Of a stretch of 64,000 nucleotides of DNA, positions 50,703-62,200 are shown piece by piece. The first letter of the stretch is position 1; every line of letters starts with the position of its first letter. The position numbers and the translations under genes were made by a program. The DNA lies in the NCBI GenBank assembly GCA_900617105.1, contig UYFQ01000056.1:124001-188000 (forward strand). Reading direction: 5' to 3'. This DNA comes from Hydrurus foetidus. Lineage: Eukaryota. The notes under the pieces are model-generated. The model did no database searches. It had not been told where the DNA came from and worked only from the letters and a program-made list of their open reading frames with translations.

Positions 50703-53700
50703 TCAATCTTAACCGAAGGCATCGTGCGTGAAGATTGACTTCGAGGACGAGGCTGTCGAGGAGTCAAGCGAAGTGGTGCCCCATGTGGGCTGCCTCGAAA
50801 TTAAAGGTTAGCGGGCTTGTAAATCTGATACTGCGGATGACTTTGTACTTTCGAACACATTCATAAATGGGCTAATGAATTATGAAACAAGTGGGAAGAA
50901 GGAACAACCTTTGAACAGTACATGCTTGCCTTACACAAGACAGCATCTAACTTGGTGTACCTTCTGCTGACGTGCGTTAGTTTTGAAGGGGACTGACGGG
51001 AGAGTGTACGCCTTGGACGCGATGCGCCTCACGCCCAGAGACGCGAACTACGTAAAGGGGCCCAAGGGCACGGGCAACATCTCCGCTGACGCACTGGGTC
51101 TCGTCAACGACAACATCGCACAGACACACGTACTACGACACGAACTTATCAGCAGCTACGCTCAGGTTAGTTGTTAAAACCGCTGAGTGACTTTACTGCA
51201 TCGTTGCATGATCATGTCTACTTGACCAATCACTGACGAATGCCCGCCCCGTCTCGCTTCACATGCACACAGCACAAGGCATCTCTCTTACGACAAGAGC
51301 TTATTCAGAAGAGGATCCTCAGTAACGCGAAGAAGAACGCTAAAGAGGAGGTTCCGGAGGAGGCGCTGAAGAAATTAGAAATCCCGACAGCAGCTGCCAC
51401 TGCTCCAAAAGATAACAATGAGAGTAGTGCAGCTGCTGAAGGTGTCGTGAAGACAGAGGTTGCGGCGTCGGTATTGGCAACTGTCGAGGCAGAGACGAAA
51501 GAGGAGGTACAGCCAGCCCTAGAGGGCGGTGCAGAGGAGGGCAGTGCGAGGGACCTGGAAGACGAACTGTTCGGATCTGAGCTCAACGAGATGTTCGCCA
51601 AGATCACCCCCGCTAGTGTGGCTCAGTCCCTCCAGCTGAACGCGAACTGCTTCATAGATGGCTTCGAGTGCGATGTGGACCCCGCTGTGGCGCTGAAGGA
51701 CGAAGAGACCGCGAGGGCTTTGGCTGACTTCCTCTTCAAGCAAGTGCTCGTCAGTCTCACAGAACAGGTGCCATCTCCCTCTCTGCGCTATCTCTTCCTC
51801 TGCTTTCATTTCTCTTTCCCAACTGACAGTGCATCGCATTCCTCTTCATCCTCTTCATTCAAGATCCGTGTGGGCGACCTCACTCCTCTGGAGCACGATG
51901 GTATGGTGCAGCTGCTGCACACATACGGAGTAAACATGCGGTACTTGGGGAGGATGGCCCTGCTGGCACATACCCAGGAAGAGCAGGACAGAGAGCTCCT
52001 GCTCACCAACAGACAGCGCATTCAAGCCATGCCGCACTACTGGCTGGAAATGCTAGAAACCGAAGTGCTGGCTCGCTGCTTTAAACACCACCTCTCCAGG
52101 ATATTCAGAGAGAACAAGGTGAGTTGATGCACTGTGGAAATGAGATAAGAAATTAGATGAGAAGTGATGAGAAGGCGACTAGTGCAGTCTTCGCATTCAC
52201 TACGAGAGCCCTGAAGAGTACTCTGACCACTCTTTACTCCCCTTCCCCTATTTCAACAGGCAATAAAGCAGTGCCCTGCCCGCACCATAGCAACTCTCTT
52301 GAACCACATCCTGGGCAGCAGCAACGGTAGTGATGCTGCTTCTTCATCCTCCTCCTCCGCGGACTACGATGTCCTGCTCTCAGCATCAGGTGCGACATGC
52401 ACATCTACATTGCAATGCTGTGCAGCTGTATTGTATCAACGTGTCCGCTTATTCTCCCCTAATCATGTCGGTTCATCAGGCGACAGTGCCAGTTATGGCG
52501 ACAGCGATCACAAGATGAAGAAGAAGAAGAGCAAGAAGCGCCGCACCGATGCCGAGGAGATCTCCTGTCCCATCCCTCAGCCACTGGACGCAGGGGGCAG
52601 CAGGTACACTCACACACATGCCTTGGAGACTCTCAAACTGATCTGTCTTTGTCTGCCTCTTCGTCATGTCATGTCAGCTCGCACCGCCTCACACCGCACC
52701 TCACCACTTATCTCAGGTCGGAGTGTCTGTCTGCTCTCCGAATCCTCGCAGCGTCAAAGTTCGGCATGGAGAAGTTCGCCCTGATCACCTTTACACAGGA
52801 AGAGCCAGTGCCTTCGGAGGGAGTCTCTGTGCAACTGTTAGACCAACGCGTGTCCCGCATCACGCTGCTGAGAAGGCTGTGTCAGATCGGAGGACTGAGG
52901 GTGCTGTCAAGAGACATAGACTTCTCCCTGTCCTGCCCCTTCACCGCTGATGACATCATCACTGTGGTGCCTCTGGTGAGTTAGTGGCTCTCAACGCAAC
53001 ACGACATGACACGACATGTCATGACATGACGTCAACTACGCTGCAGCTGCTGTTATCTTACTCTCATTTCGACTTAACTATTTTACCTCACTATTGTGGC
53101 TCCCTCTCAAAGACTACTCATCACCTTTCCGCTCAATCCCAACGAACAGGTGAAGTCTGCACAGCAGCAGATCCCCTTACCAGAGGTGAGGGAGCTGATC
53201 AGCACGGCTAGAGGGCTGCTAGAAGAGGGAAACCTAGCAGGCGCATTCGAACTCACGCAAGATGCGTCGCAACTACTGCATCAGGCACGAACAGTGTCAC
53301 ACTCACTCAGTAGAAGTCTACGTAACACATTGATTCCTCTCTTGTTGCCGTGCTAACTCCACCTTCATGTCTGCCTCTCCCTGTGCATGTGTCCCTCTAT
53401 CCGGTCATGCAGATCACCGGACCCCTTCACGCAGAGACAGCGATGAGCATGAACCTGATGACCCAGGTCCTCTTAGAAGCAGGTGCGTTGGTCCACCTCT
53501 TAACGTTTGTGGCTCATGCAGCCTACCTCGACCTCAGTCACTCACTCTTCCTCTCCCTCCATCCCGACTCTACTGCTCACTGACTTACTGTCTCTACCTG
53601 ACTCTACATCGCATGGCATCACATCGTAGGAGACAACTCCCTCGCTCTCTCCACTGCATGCAAGAGTCTCAGCGTGTGTGTACAGCTGTTGGGGCTGGAC

Positions 53701-55221
53701 AGTCAAGATGCCGCTCAGCACCACGGACAAGTCGCAGCACTGCTAGCCGATAGAGGTGATACCTGCTACTGTCATATCAGCGCATAAGATTGGTCGACAA
53801 CACAGCTGTTTCCCTCACGTACTCATCACGTCACATCGCACGAACTGCTTACAGGTCGCCCTATGGCAGCAGTGCAGCACTTGCTGTCGATGAAGTACCT
53901 CGTGGAGCTCTTGGGAGGCCCGAGACATCCGGAGATGGTCAACGTCTACCTCAGATTAGTAGGTGAGATAGAGAGAGAAGATAGTGAGAGAGAGCACAGT
54001 CGACTATTGTGAACTTCAGCAAATAGATAAAATGAAGATGGAGCAATCAATATGATGCGCAAAAACTTTCAGCTGGTGTGTGAAGCGTCTACAGTTCTTA
54101 TGCATCCATCTTCTTTATCCCTCAACCCTACTTGCTGTAGGTGTGTATGATGAGGCGGGTGAGTACAGCACCGCTCAATCCCTGCTCTCCAAGGCAAAGG
54201 CACTCAGCCAAGACGTGGCTAAGCAGTGCATGATATCCTCCACCATCGCGGAGATATTCCATAGAATGGTACGCACTGCCTATCACTTGTCACACCACAC
54301 CCATACCTACACCACACCACACCGCTCAATAGCTGCGTTGATGATGCATCACCATGGAGGTCAAGTCAGCTCAATGCGATGCAGTGCAATGTGAATAGAA
54401 CCTCTCTGTCCCGTCTCCGACTGAACGGATATCAGTATGTCTGCAATCTGCAAAGCGTACACAGTATCCGTTAGTAAACTAGATTACTAAACCTGAACAA
54501 TCCGTCTAACACTCTCATCACTTTTTCCCTCTTTTTTACTTTTGGACCTTTAGGGTGAATTGTCCGCTGCAGTGACAGAGCAAAGGGGGGTGCTCAGAAT
54601 TATGGAGCAACTGTACGGAGTAGAGGTGCAGTACTTCCCTCTCCCTTCTCCTGTCGCATGTGCCCTCTAGAATTGAGAACACCTCTCAATATTGCCATCG
54701 CTTTCCATTATCTCATGAATTTTCATTATCCTCTTTTCTATCGTCCTTAATTTGAAGGACGAGAAGACAGCCGAGGCCAAGGCACGGTTACAGAAATACC
54801 TTAGAAAACTCACAATAGATAACGTGAGTCACGCAACTGCTCGATCTGACTTCTACTTTGCAAGACGGTTGAATGTCATCTCTGAAGCGATGCCATCCCG
54901 CCTATCCTGCCCCTCGATCCCTCCCTCTAACCCTCCCTCCCTCTCCCCCTCCCGTCCTCCCTCCCCTATTCCTCCCTCTCCCTCTCCCTCCCTTTCTCTC
55001 TCCCTTTCCCCCCCTTCCTCTCTCCCCCCCACTTCCTGTAGGTCAACACTGCTAGAGAGATGATGGTCCTCAAAAAACAGATCTTCGAGTCGAATGCACC
55101 AGACAGAAAAGTGGTGAAAGTGGTTGAGAAGACTATCGAGATTCTTGATGACACCGACAGAAAAGACGACAAGAAGAAGTCAGGCAGCAAAAAGACAAAA
55201 AAGAACAAAAACAAGAAGTAG
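45928..55221 (+). CDS. CLU1: Clustered mitochondria protein homolog (CLU/CLUH/TIF31 family), multi-exon
   Basis: SGWNPPP...QGDLLYIEAVT-EEG-FHIT...GFYIN, REWNEEMQ, KGTDGRVYALDAMRLTPRDANY, LRHELI, LHTYGVNMRYLG, ETEVLARCFKH, then TPR-like C-terminus (GPLHAE, GLDSQD, GGPRHPE) and a Lys-rich tail ending TAG at 55219-55221. More than 20 GT-AG introns. Confidence 0.93.
50573..50704. repeat. (TTTC)n microsatellite in a CLU intron
   Basis: Directly visible. Confidence 0.95.
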
Positions 55222-56494
55222 CGTTGAAGTCCTGTCCATATCTTAGAGGCGGGTGGAAGAGCAGGGAGGGTTTATCATGCGATTGGACAGGAGCATTGAC
55301 TAGAAGTAGCGTTTGGATGAGAAGGTCTGAACAAGAGAGGAAGGGAAGGAGAAGGAGCGGCGAAGAGCAGTGCATGCACCACGAACAATCTTCCGCATCT
55401 CTCTCCTCTCCTATCCACACACTGTACCTCTGTAACTCTTGTAGCAGAATCCACTGCACCGTGTGGATACCACACCGCTTACTCCTCTCCTGTGCAAGGG
55501 ACGGAGCCACAGTTACAACGACAGTACAAAAAGCACAGCCACTCCTCTCCTCTACACCGATCTGATCCAATTGGCTCGGCTTGGAGCCAGTGACAGAATG
55601 GGCTGGCATCGCCTTCACCTCACTCACTGACTGACTGACTGATTGATTGACTTGCACGTGTCCCTCCACCGTATCATGACATGTAGCTGCTGTACGTTAC
55701 ACCGCCTACACCTGAGACATGAATCCCTGAAGTAGACTGAAAATTAAGTTGTATGCAAGCTCTCAGAGCGTCCTGTATCCCGTCCTTCGTACTCTGCGAT
55801 AACTTATCTACCACCTCATCTCATCTCAAGTCACTCGCCTTTCTGCTTTTCCATGAAGTGATTTCCAGCTTCTAGCTGCTTTTGAAAGAATTAATCGCTT
55901 TGAGATGTAATTCAGCTGAGTGGAAGCAGAGAGATAGTGTTGACGTGGAAGTCTACGACTGCTTCCCGATGGCATCTTAAAATAAAACAAAAAATTTGCA
56001 GTATGACTGTCGGTCGGTGCCACCTCAGCCTCTTTACCTTCACGATGTTCTTATATGAAGAGACAACTGTTCACTTCGCAATTCCTAGCGAGTAAATTGT
56101 TTGAGTCGTTCTTCTACCTGACAACAAGCTTCCATTTCATCTTCAAAATCAGAATAATCGTGAAAATCACGTAGACGATTTAATAAATCTGAAAACATTT
56201 CACTTGACATAAGTTCATAAACATCTTCTACTTCATGCAGATTATCTTAACTCTCTATCCACGATATGACATTTTTACCGATAGTAAATTTATCACTGAA
56301 GTCAGTATAATTACAAAAATCACTGAGACAGTTCAAGTTTGTTTTAAGTCCTATGTCGTTGAGGATTTCGTCCTCGGTGTCCATTGTCAATTGTATATGA
56401 TACCATCAAAAGGCCTTTCCTCAACCACTGAAAAAAAACGGTAAAAAAACTGTTTTTATCCCTCGCACCGGTTGCACGATCGTGCTACCAATTT

Positions 56495-56666
56495 TGGAAT
56501 ATTTGATCCTGCCAAATAGAACTCAACATCGATAGCTCGAATCAATCGATATTCAGCACGATTACCTTGTGTCCAGCTGGCGGATTTCATATTGTGTAAT
56601 TGTGCTGAATGTCGATTGATTCGAGCTATCGATGTTGAGTTCTATTTGTTGGGATCAAATATTCCA
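56495..56666. repeat. 71-bp inverted repeat with 30-nt spacer (hairpin/MITE-like)
   Basis: 56495-56565 (TGGAATATTTGATCC...CAGCACGATTAC) is the reverse complement of 56596-56666, with about 5 mismatches. Confidence 0.85.
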
Positions 56667-56915
56667 CTTTGAGTGTCTCGGGGTTCATAAAGACCCTTTT
56701 CCGGTCATGAGCTTCCGGCCAGATTTCACCGTTTTCACGCGCGGGTCGAAAAGGATTCCTTTTCCACCCGCAGGACCGAAACGGGTCTTTATGAACCCAT
56801 CGGAATAAAAAGTAACGTTCGTACACTCGACCATAAACCTCGAAGTATTTCGAACCTCGGGCTTCGCCCTCGGTACGAAAAACATCTCGGTTTTATGGTC
56901 TCGGTACGAAATTAC

Positions 56916-57977
56916 TAGGGCTGGTGTCCGACTCAAAACGATGCTTCGGACGGACACTCGGACAAACGGAATAAAGTCGGACGGACGTCCGACATAAGTC
57001 GGACATAATAATAATAGATGTCCGACTGTCTAACTGAAGTCGGACACAATCTGTAAGTCGGACAAGGTGTCTAACAATCGCAAGATATTACTGAAAGAGG
57101 CTTAATTTCGTTACATATTTCAAGAAAAATTTAGTATTGTTGTACATGTAGTATTCTTGTTTAGCTGACATGGTGCCTGAGGTCTGTGACTGAATTCAGA
57201 ATTGTCGATTGTCTATTATGGTTTGCTGGTTTGCAGCATCATTAAGTGTTGGATGTTGGATGCTCTCTGATTTCTCTTGGTTGTCGATTGTCTCCATTTT
57301 GTGTATGTACGAAATACAAAATACAGAATACAAATTAGTATTTTGTACCTACGTAAATTCAAAATACAAAGTACCCGCGCTGCGTAGACCACGTCTTCAA
57401 AAGAAATAAGTAGTAGGAATTATCTTGAATTTGACACAAATGACTCTCAGTTGACAGTTTCTCCACTTCAGATTCCTCTTTTTGAAATGACATTTTTGGA
57501 ACGCTGCGATGAAAGTATCTAGACAGCAGAGGTCCTTTACAGCTGGGGTTGAAAGTCTCTGAATAATCCTTTAGCTACATTCCACCACCAGAGGTGGTGC
57601 TGGATCTCGACGAGTGAGGACGGGATGTCGTGTTGGAGCTCGACGAGTGAGGACGGGAGGTGGTGCTCGAGCTGGTGGTGTTGGAGCTGGACGAGTGAGG
57701 ACGGGAGGTGGTGCTCGAGCTGGTGGTGATGGAGCTGGACGAGTGAGGACGAGAGGTGATGACGGAGCTGGACGAGCTGCCGGCTAAAGTCGGCGTAAAA
57801 TAGGTACGCCGGACAGGTGTCCGTTTTGTCCGGCTTAAGAAATGGAAGTCGGACAAAATGGACAAGTCGGACAGATGTCCGACTTGTCCGTCTATATTCT
57901 AGCTTCTTCGGACGGACAAGTCGGACATCTGTCCGTCCGACTTGTCCGACTAAAGTCGGACTCGGACACCAGCCCTA
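56916..57977. mobile_element. Non-autonomous hAT-like DNA transposon (1062 bp)
   Basis: 16-bp TIRs TAGGGCTGGTGTCCGA / TCGGACACCAGCCCTA. Dense subterminal GTCGGAC/GTCCGAC motifs at both ends. Flanks GAAATTAC (left) and GAATTAC (right) fit an 8-bp TSD with a 1-nt deletion. No transposase inside. Confidence 0.85.
57590..57779. repeat. GC-rich degenerate tandem repeat (GAGCTGGACGAGTGAGGACGGGAGGTG core) inside the hAT element
   Basis: About 4-5 visible units; reads TTSRPHSSSS on the minus strand. Confidence 0.85.
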
Positions 57978-58278
57978 GAATTACTTTTCCTAGAAATAAA
58001 ATCCACCTCGAGGTAGGCATTTGTATGGCCCCCCCCTGCCAAAAAGGGGTCATTTTTGGCAGGATTTTGCCTGCCATTTTGCCAGTATTCGAAAAATCAT
58101 CTCAAAACATCTTGAACTTGAAATCTGAATATGAGAAACGATCCCAGTGCGGGGCATAATCGAAACCTGGGCGTAATCGAAACCGAATTTAAATATTTTG
58201 AATTAATTTGTAGCTTGCCAAACAATGTCTGCTACGCCAATAACTTCACCAATTCTGCATACTATGCATAAGTAAACT

Positions 58279-59288
58279 ATGGAGGTTGTTCCTGAGAGAC
58301 TTATCAATCCATTCGGCCGCCGAGCCGTGAAATTAAACGCAGCTGACTTGACAATATCGCAAAAACAGTGGTTCGTGAATGAGGTCATTCACTACGAAGT
58401 TACTTACAAATATCTCACTGACAGATATGGATTACATGAGTCGTATGTGAAGGGACTTGTCTACAAGCATAAGAACAAAAAAATCATGCATTGTGCTGCA
58501 GGTCGCCCAGGGATCTTGGGAGCAGCAGAGCTCAAGAATGTGAAGCAGCAAGTATCGGCTGGTGTCCATAACATGAATCGCTCCGAATTCGGCAAGATAC
58601 TTCAAGCAGAGCTTGTGGCTAAGCGCACGAAGGAAACAGGAGTTGCTGAGTGCTCTATTCCTCAAATATCTCGGCGAACCACAAACCGCAACATCGGGAA
58701 AATGGGACTGAAACTGGGATATGCAGAGCAGACGACGGATGCAAGAGCGGTCGCTACTGCGAACAAGTACAACGCGGTTTCTGTTGCTGTTGCTCATCAT
58801 CTAGTGATGCTGCTGACAAATCCTCACATAGCTATCAATGCCGACGCGACTTCCTATCAGACTGGTGGAGCCTTGACGGATAAAATTCAGGTTATCTATG
58901 ACCCTGAGGAGCAGAAAGCTAGAGGGGGGCCGCTCAAAGTATTGCCTGTCAAAGGTTCTTGTTTGACAGCTTACTTCGTAAAATTCTATCTTTGCATGAA
59001 TTCTACTGGGACTACTGCTCCGCCTATCTATATCTGTGCAGATGACAACATGGTTGCTGGAGAAATCGATGTCCATCTGGTACCCGGTCTTGGTATAGGT
59101 ACCGATCTTAGGGCTGACGGTTATGTTGTTTTCGCGAAGACCAGGTCTGTCAATGAGGAGTTCTACCGATGGTGGTTCGTGACAATCTATGTCAAGTTTG
59201 TGATGGATTTGCGTATTCGTTACAACATAGAAGACTCGGCTCCTTCCTACTTCACTCTCGATGGGGAGGATACGCAGATCAAACCTCT
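58279..59288 (+). pseudogene. pogo/Tigger-like (DDE_1) transposase, truncated by an LTR-element insertion
   Basis: HTH-like N-terminus (...AGRPGIL), INADATSY (first Asp), LCMNSTGTTAPPIYI, SVNEEFYRWW, FTLDGEDTQ (second Asp). The sequence switches abruptly to TGTGATAG LTR-like DNA at 59289. Paired TAATCGAAACC motifs at about 58157-58184 may mark the element's 5' end. Confidence 0.75.
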
Positions 59289-62200
59289 TGTGATAGTACC
59301 GGGTCCAGGGTCCCGATCCTACCGGGTACCGACTCTACCGGATCCTACCGGGTACTACTACTGTACACTACAGTTAGGCTGTCGTATCGTCGTAGCCATC
59401 TACAGCGTCCACTTAGAAGTTAACCTAGCTTCTAGCATAGACACCTGTAACTAAGCCTACCTCCTCTCGCCCCCCTTTCTACATTTGCCCGACCACAATA
59501 GCGCTATTATCCTCGGGAAATTTTCTGCTGCCTCTAATTCCCCTCTACTCGTCCCAACTTTAGTTACGACTTCCACCACCCGAGTATTATTACTCACGAC
59601 GTCTGCGGAGTCGAATTCTTGCTGAGCTACGCTCCAAGAACTTAGTTTAAGTTAGTGAAAGTTGGGCTTAGCCTCTTTCCTCTTGGAACCCATTATTGGT
59701 GTCTCCAAAGTTCGTAGTTGGTTGAATTCGCGAAAGCCTTCACCACTCGACACTTTCAAACTCGTCGGTTTGCAATTTGAACATTAGATTCATTGCTACC
59801 GACACCAAATTAGTCTAAGGACTTCTTTTGGCTGGTGGGAGTTACCTCCTTCATCCTTTACGGACACCAAAAATTTTCTCCACTCAAAATTTGGCTTCCA
59901 CGCCTAAGAGATTTTCTCAACAAGAGTTGGTTGAAATTAACTTATTCGTTGTTCCTAACGTAAAGGACCCTTTTAACCAACGAGGCGAAGCCCTGGCAAA
60001 TTTTTTTTGACGAGGGGCTTCTGTTTTCGATGAGTTACAATCATATTTCTCCGAAGAGATATATCATTGTGACCACAGCTGATTTCTGCATGTCTTTTGA
60101 CAGAAGATACGCAGAGAATCCGGAGGCGGACACTATCGCCCCTCTGGATATTAGTCTCTCGTATCCTAGAGAATCGTTTGCAACGATTACTCGATGTAAG
60201 CGATGTCGTCATGCAGAGTTATAGACTCAGCGCGACATCGTAGTTTGCGACTGATTTTCATCAGTTTTTCACCTAAATAAGGTCAAAACCTCTTGCTAGA
60301 TGCACTTTAGTCATGGTTACATGAATCGCACATGCAGAACACTTGAATCGCGCGCGTTCGTGATATCTTGATGAATAAAGATAATATCTTGACAGATTCT
60401 ACACCCACTAAATATTCTGGGTTCGACTCCCAGTAGGGGTGGGTCATCGATTAGTAAATTTGCAAAATTAGATGTTATTTTGCAGATTTTAAGATTCTTC
60501 TTCAGATTGTAATTTAATCAAATCAACGTCAGAATTGACGATTGCACACAAACATTTTTTATTAAAAAAAAAAAAATGGAAAAGATATTTCTCAGATTAC
60601 ACTGTTGAAAACAAATTGCTAGGCAATATTCAAATGGGGAAAAGGCTTTGCCTCACAACCTTCGTTTTGGTGTTGCTTAAAGCTTAGTGCTGAAGCGAAA
60701 CAAAACAATATTCCGCGGGAATACATTGAATTCAATAGGCTCTCGTACGTTCGATCCTATTATATGATTCAAAAATACAAATAAAAAATAAAATAAAGTT
60801 TGATCCGAGGAATCTTACGCAGCTTCATGCTGGAAAATTGCTATGCAATATTCAAGAAGAAATATAGGCTCTAGTACGCCATATCTATTGCCTTCCACCG
60901 TTGATTGTCTCGACTCTCGAACAAACCAATGTGATATTCTAAGGAAATGATACATATGCATACATATATTTGTTCATATATATACATCAGGCTCTCGTAC
61001 GTTCGATCCTGCCTTTGACTTCAACATATCCCTAAATTTGGCCAAGGCCAAACTTCATTCTTATGAGGGTGAATGTCATACTATCCCGTTAACCTTGCGA
61101 GTTAATAGGAACACGGATATCGAACTTTTCTTAAGTCGTATAGCTGTAAATAATTATGATTTTATGTCATTGACACTTTTTGCTTTTAGTATCTCGCACG
61201 AGCTCCGTGCTGAAACAAAAGGAAATGTGACACTCGTTGGCGCGAGTTTTGAAGAAAGGGAAGCGATAGCCAAGCTTGACCCACTTCATTGGCACAAATA
61301 TACTAGGCGTATGATATCCGAGGGTTTCGAACCCGAGGAACCTGAGTTGTAGTCAGTCACCCCAACCTATGATTTGTTGAAGGGTATCACACAGACTGAA
61401 CTCGCTCGTTAAAGAGAGCCATACGGTCTATGCCAAACGCCAAAACCTAAGAAGGCCATTTTGCACGCACCTTTAACCAAGGAAGTCGTGAGGTCAGGTT
61501 GTCATACAACGTTCACGTGTAGCGTTACCCAGGTTGGTTCCGAGGGAGTCGCGACCCAAAGTCCATGTGGTGATGTGGGTTGTTAGCGACTGGCTAGTGT
61601 CACGACTAGACTCGCAAAACGTACGGGTGATACCCCGCACCTAGGTGGTGACTCGATTCCCACCCTCACACATACCTCTGGGGACTCTGTTACATCAGAC
61701 TATGACGTGGAAGCCTTATGGCCAAGCGGTGTCGCACTCTCCGTTGACGAGATTGACGATGACAACACTGGCATCCACACCTTTCTTGCGTGACAAGACG
61801 TGCCGAAATGTACCGCCCAACGGGCCGGATGATTTTGTCTTAGATTCATTTTTAGGGAGATGAAAGCCTTCAAAAAATGAACTTTGTACTCTCTGTTCTC
61901 ATCACTCTGATATTTTCAGTGATAAGCTAGCCCCGCAAGCTGCTGCTCTCAAATCGTTTGAGATAAATCTGCTAAGACAGAAATGGGAGGTTCCATCGAA
62001 CCACGCACCAGTGCGACCCCAATCCTCTAAAAAAGGAACATTACCTCCACACTTCAATTGAAGAGATGCTGGAGGATGGTGTGATCGAGAGGTCGAACGC
62101 TGCATACCACAATCATCCGGTGATGGTAAATAAGACAGCCGATACGTATCGAACCTGCATCGACTATCGTGCACTCAATGAATGCATTGAGTCGGCCTCC

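Noticed and set aside
34067..55221. Functional cluster of organelle genes (RF2, MDH, CGL160-like, CLU)
   Set aside because: Different compartments and pathways with mixed orientation; compatible with chance in a gene-dense genome unless synteny shows otherwise.
60400..60445. Complete tRNA gene
   Set aside because: Only a T-arm-like hairpin is present; no D-arm, anticodon arm or A-box could be folded.
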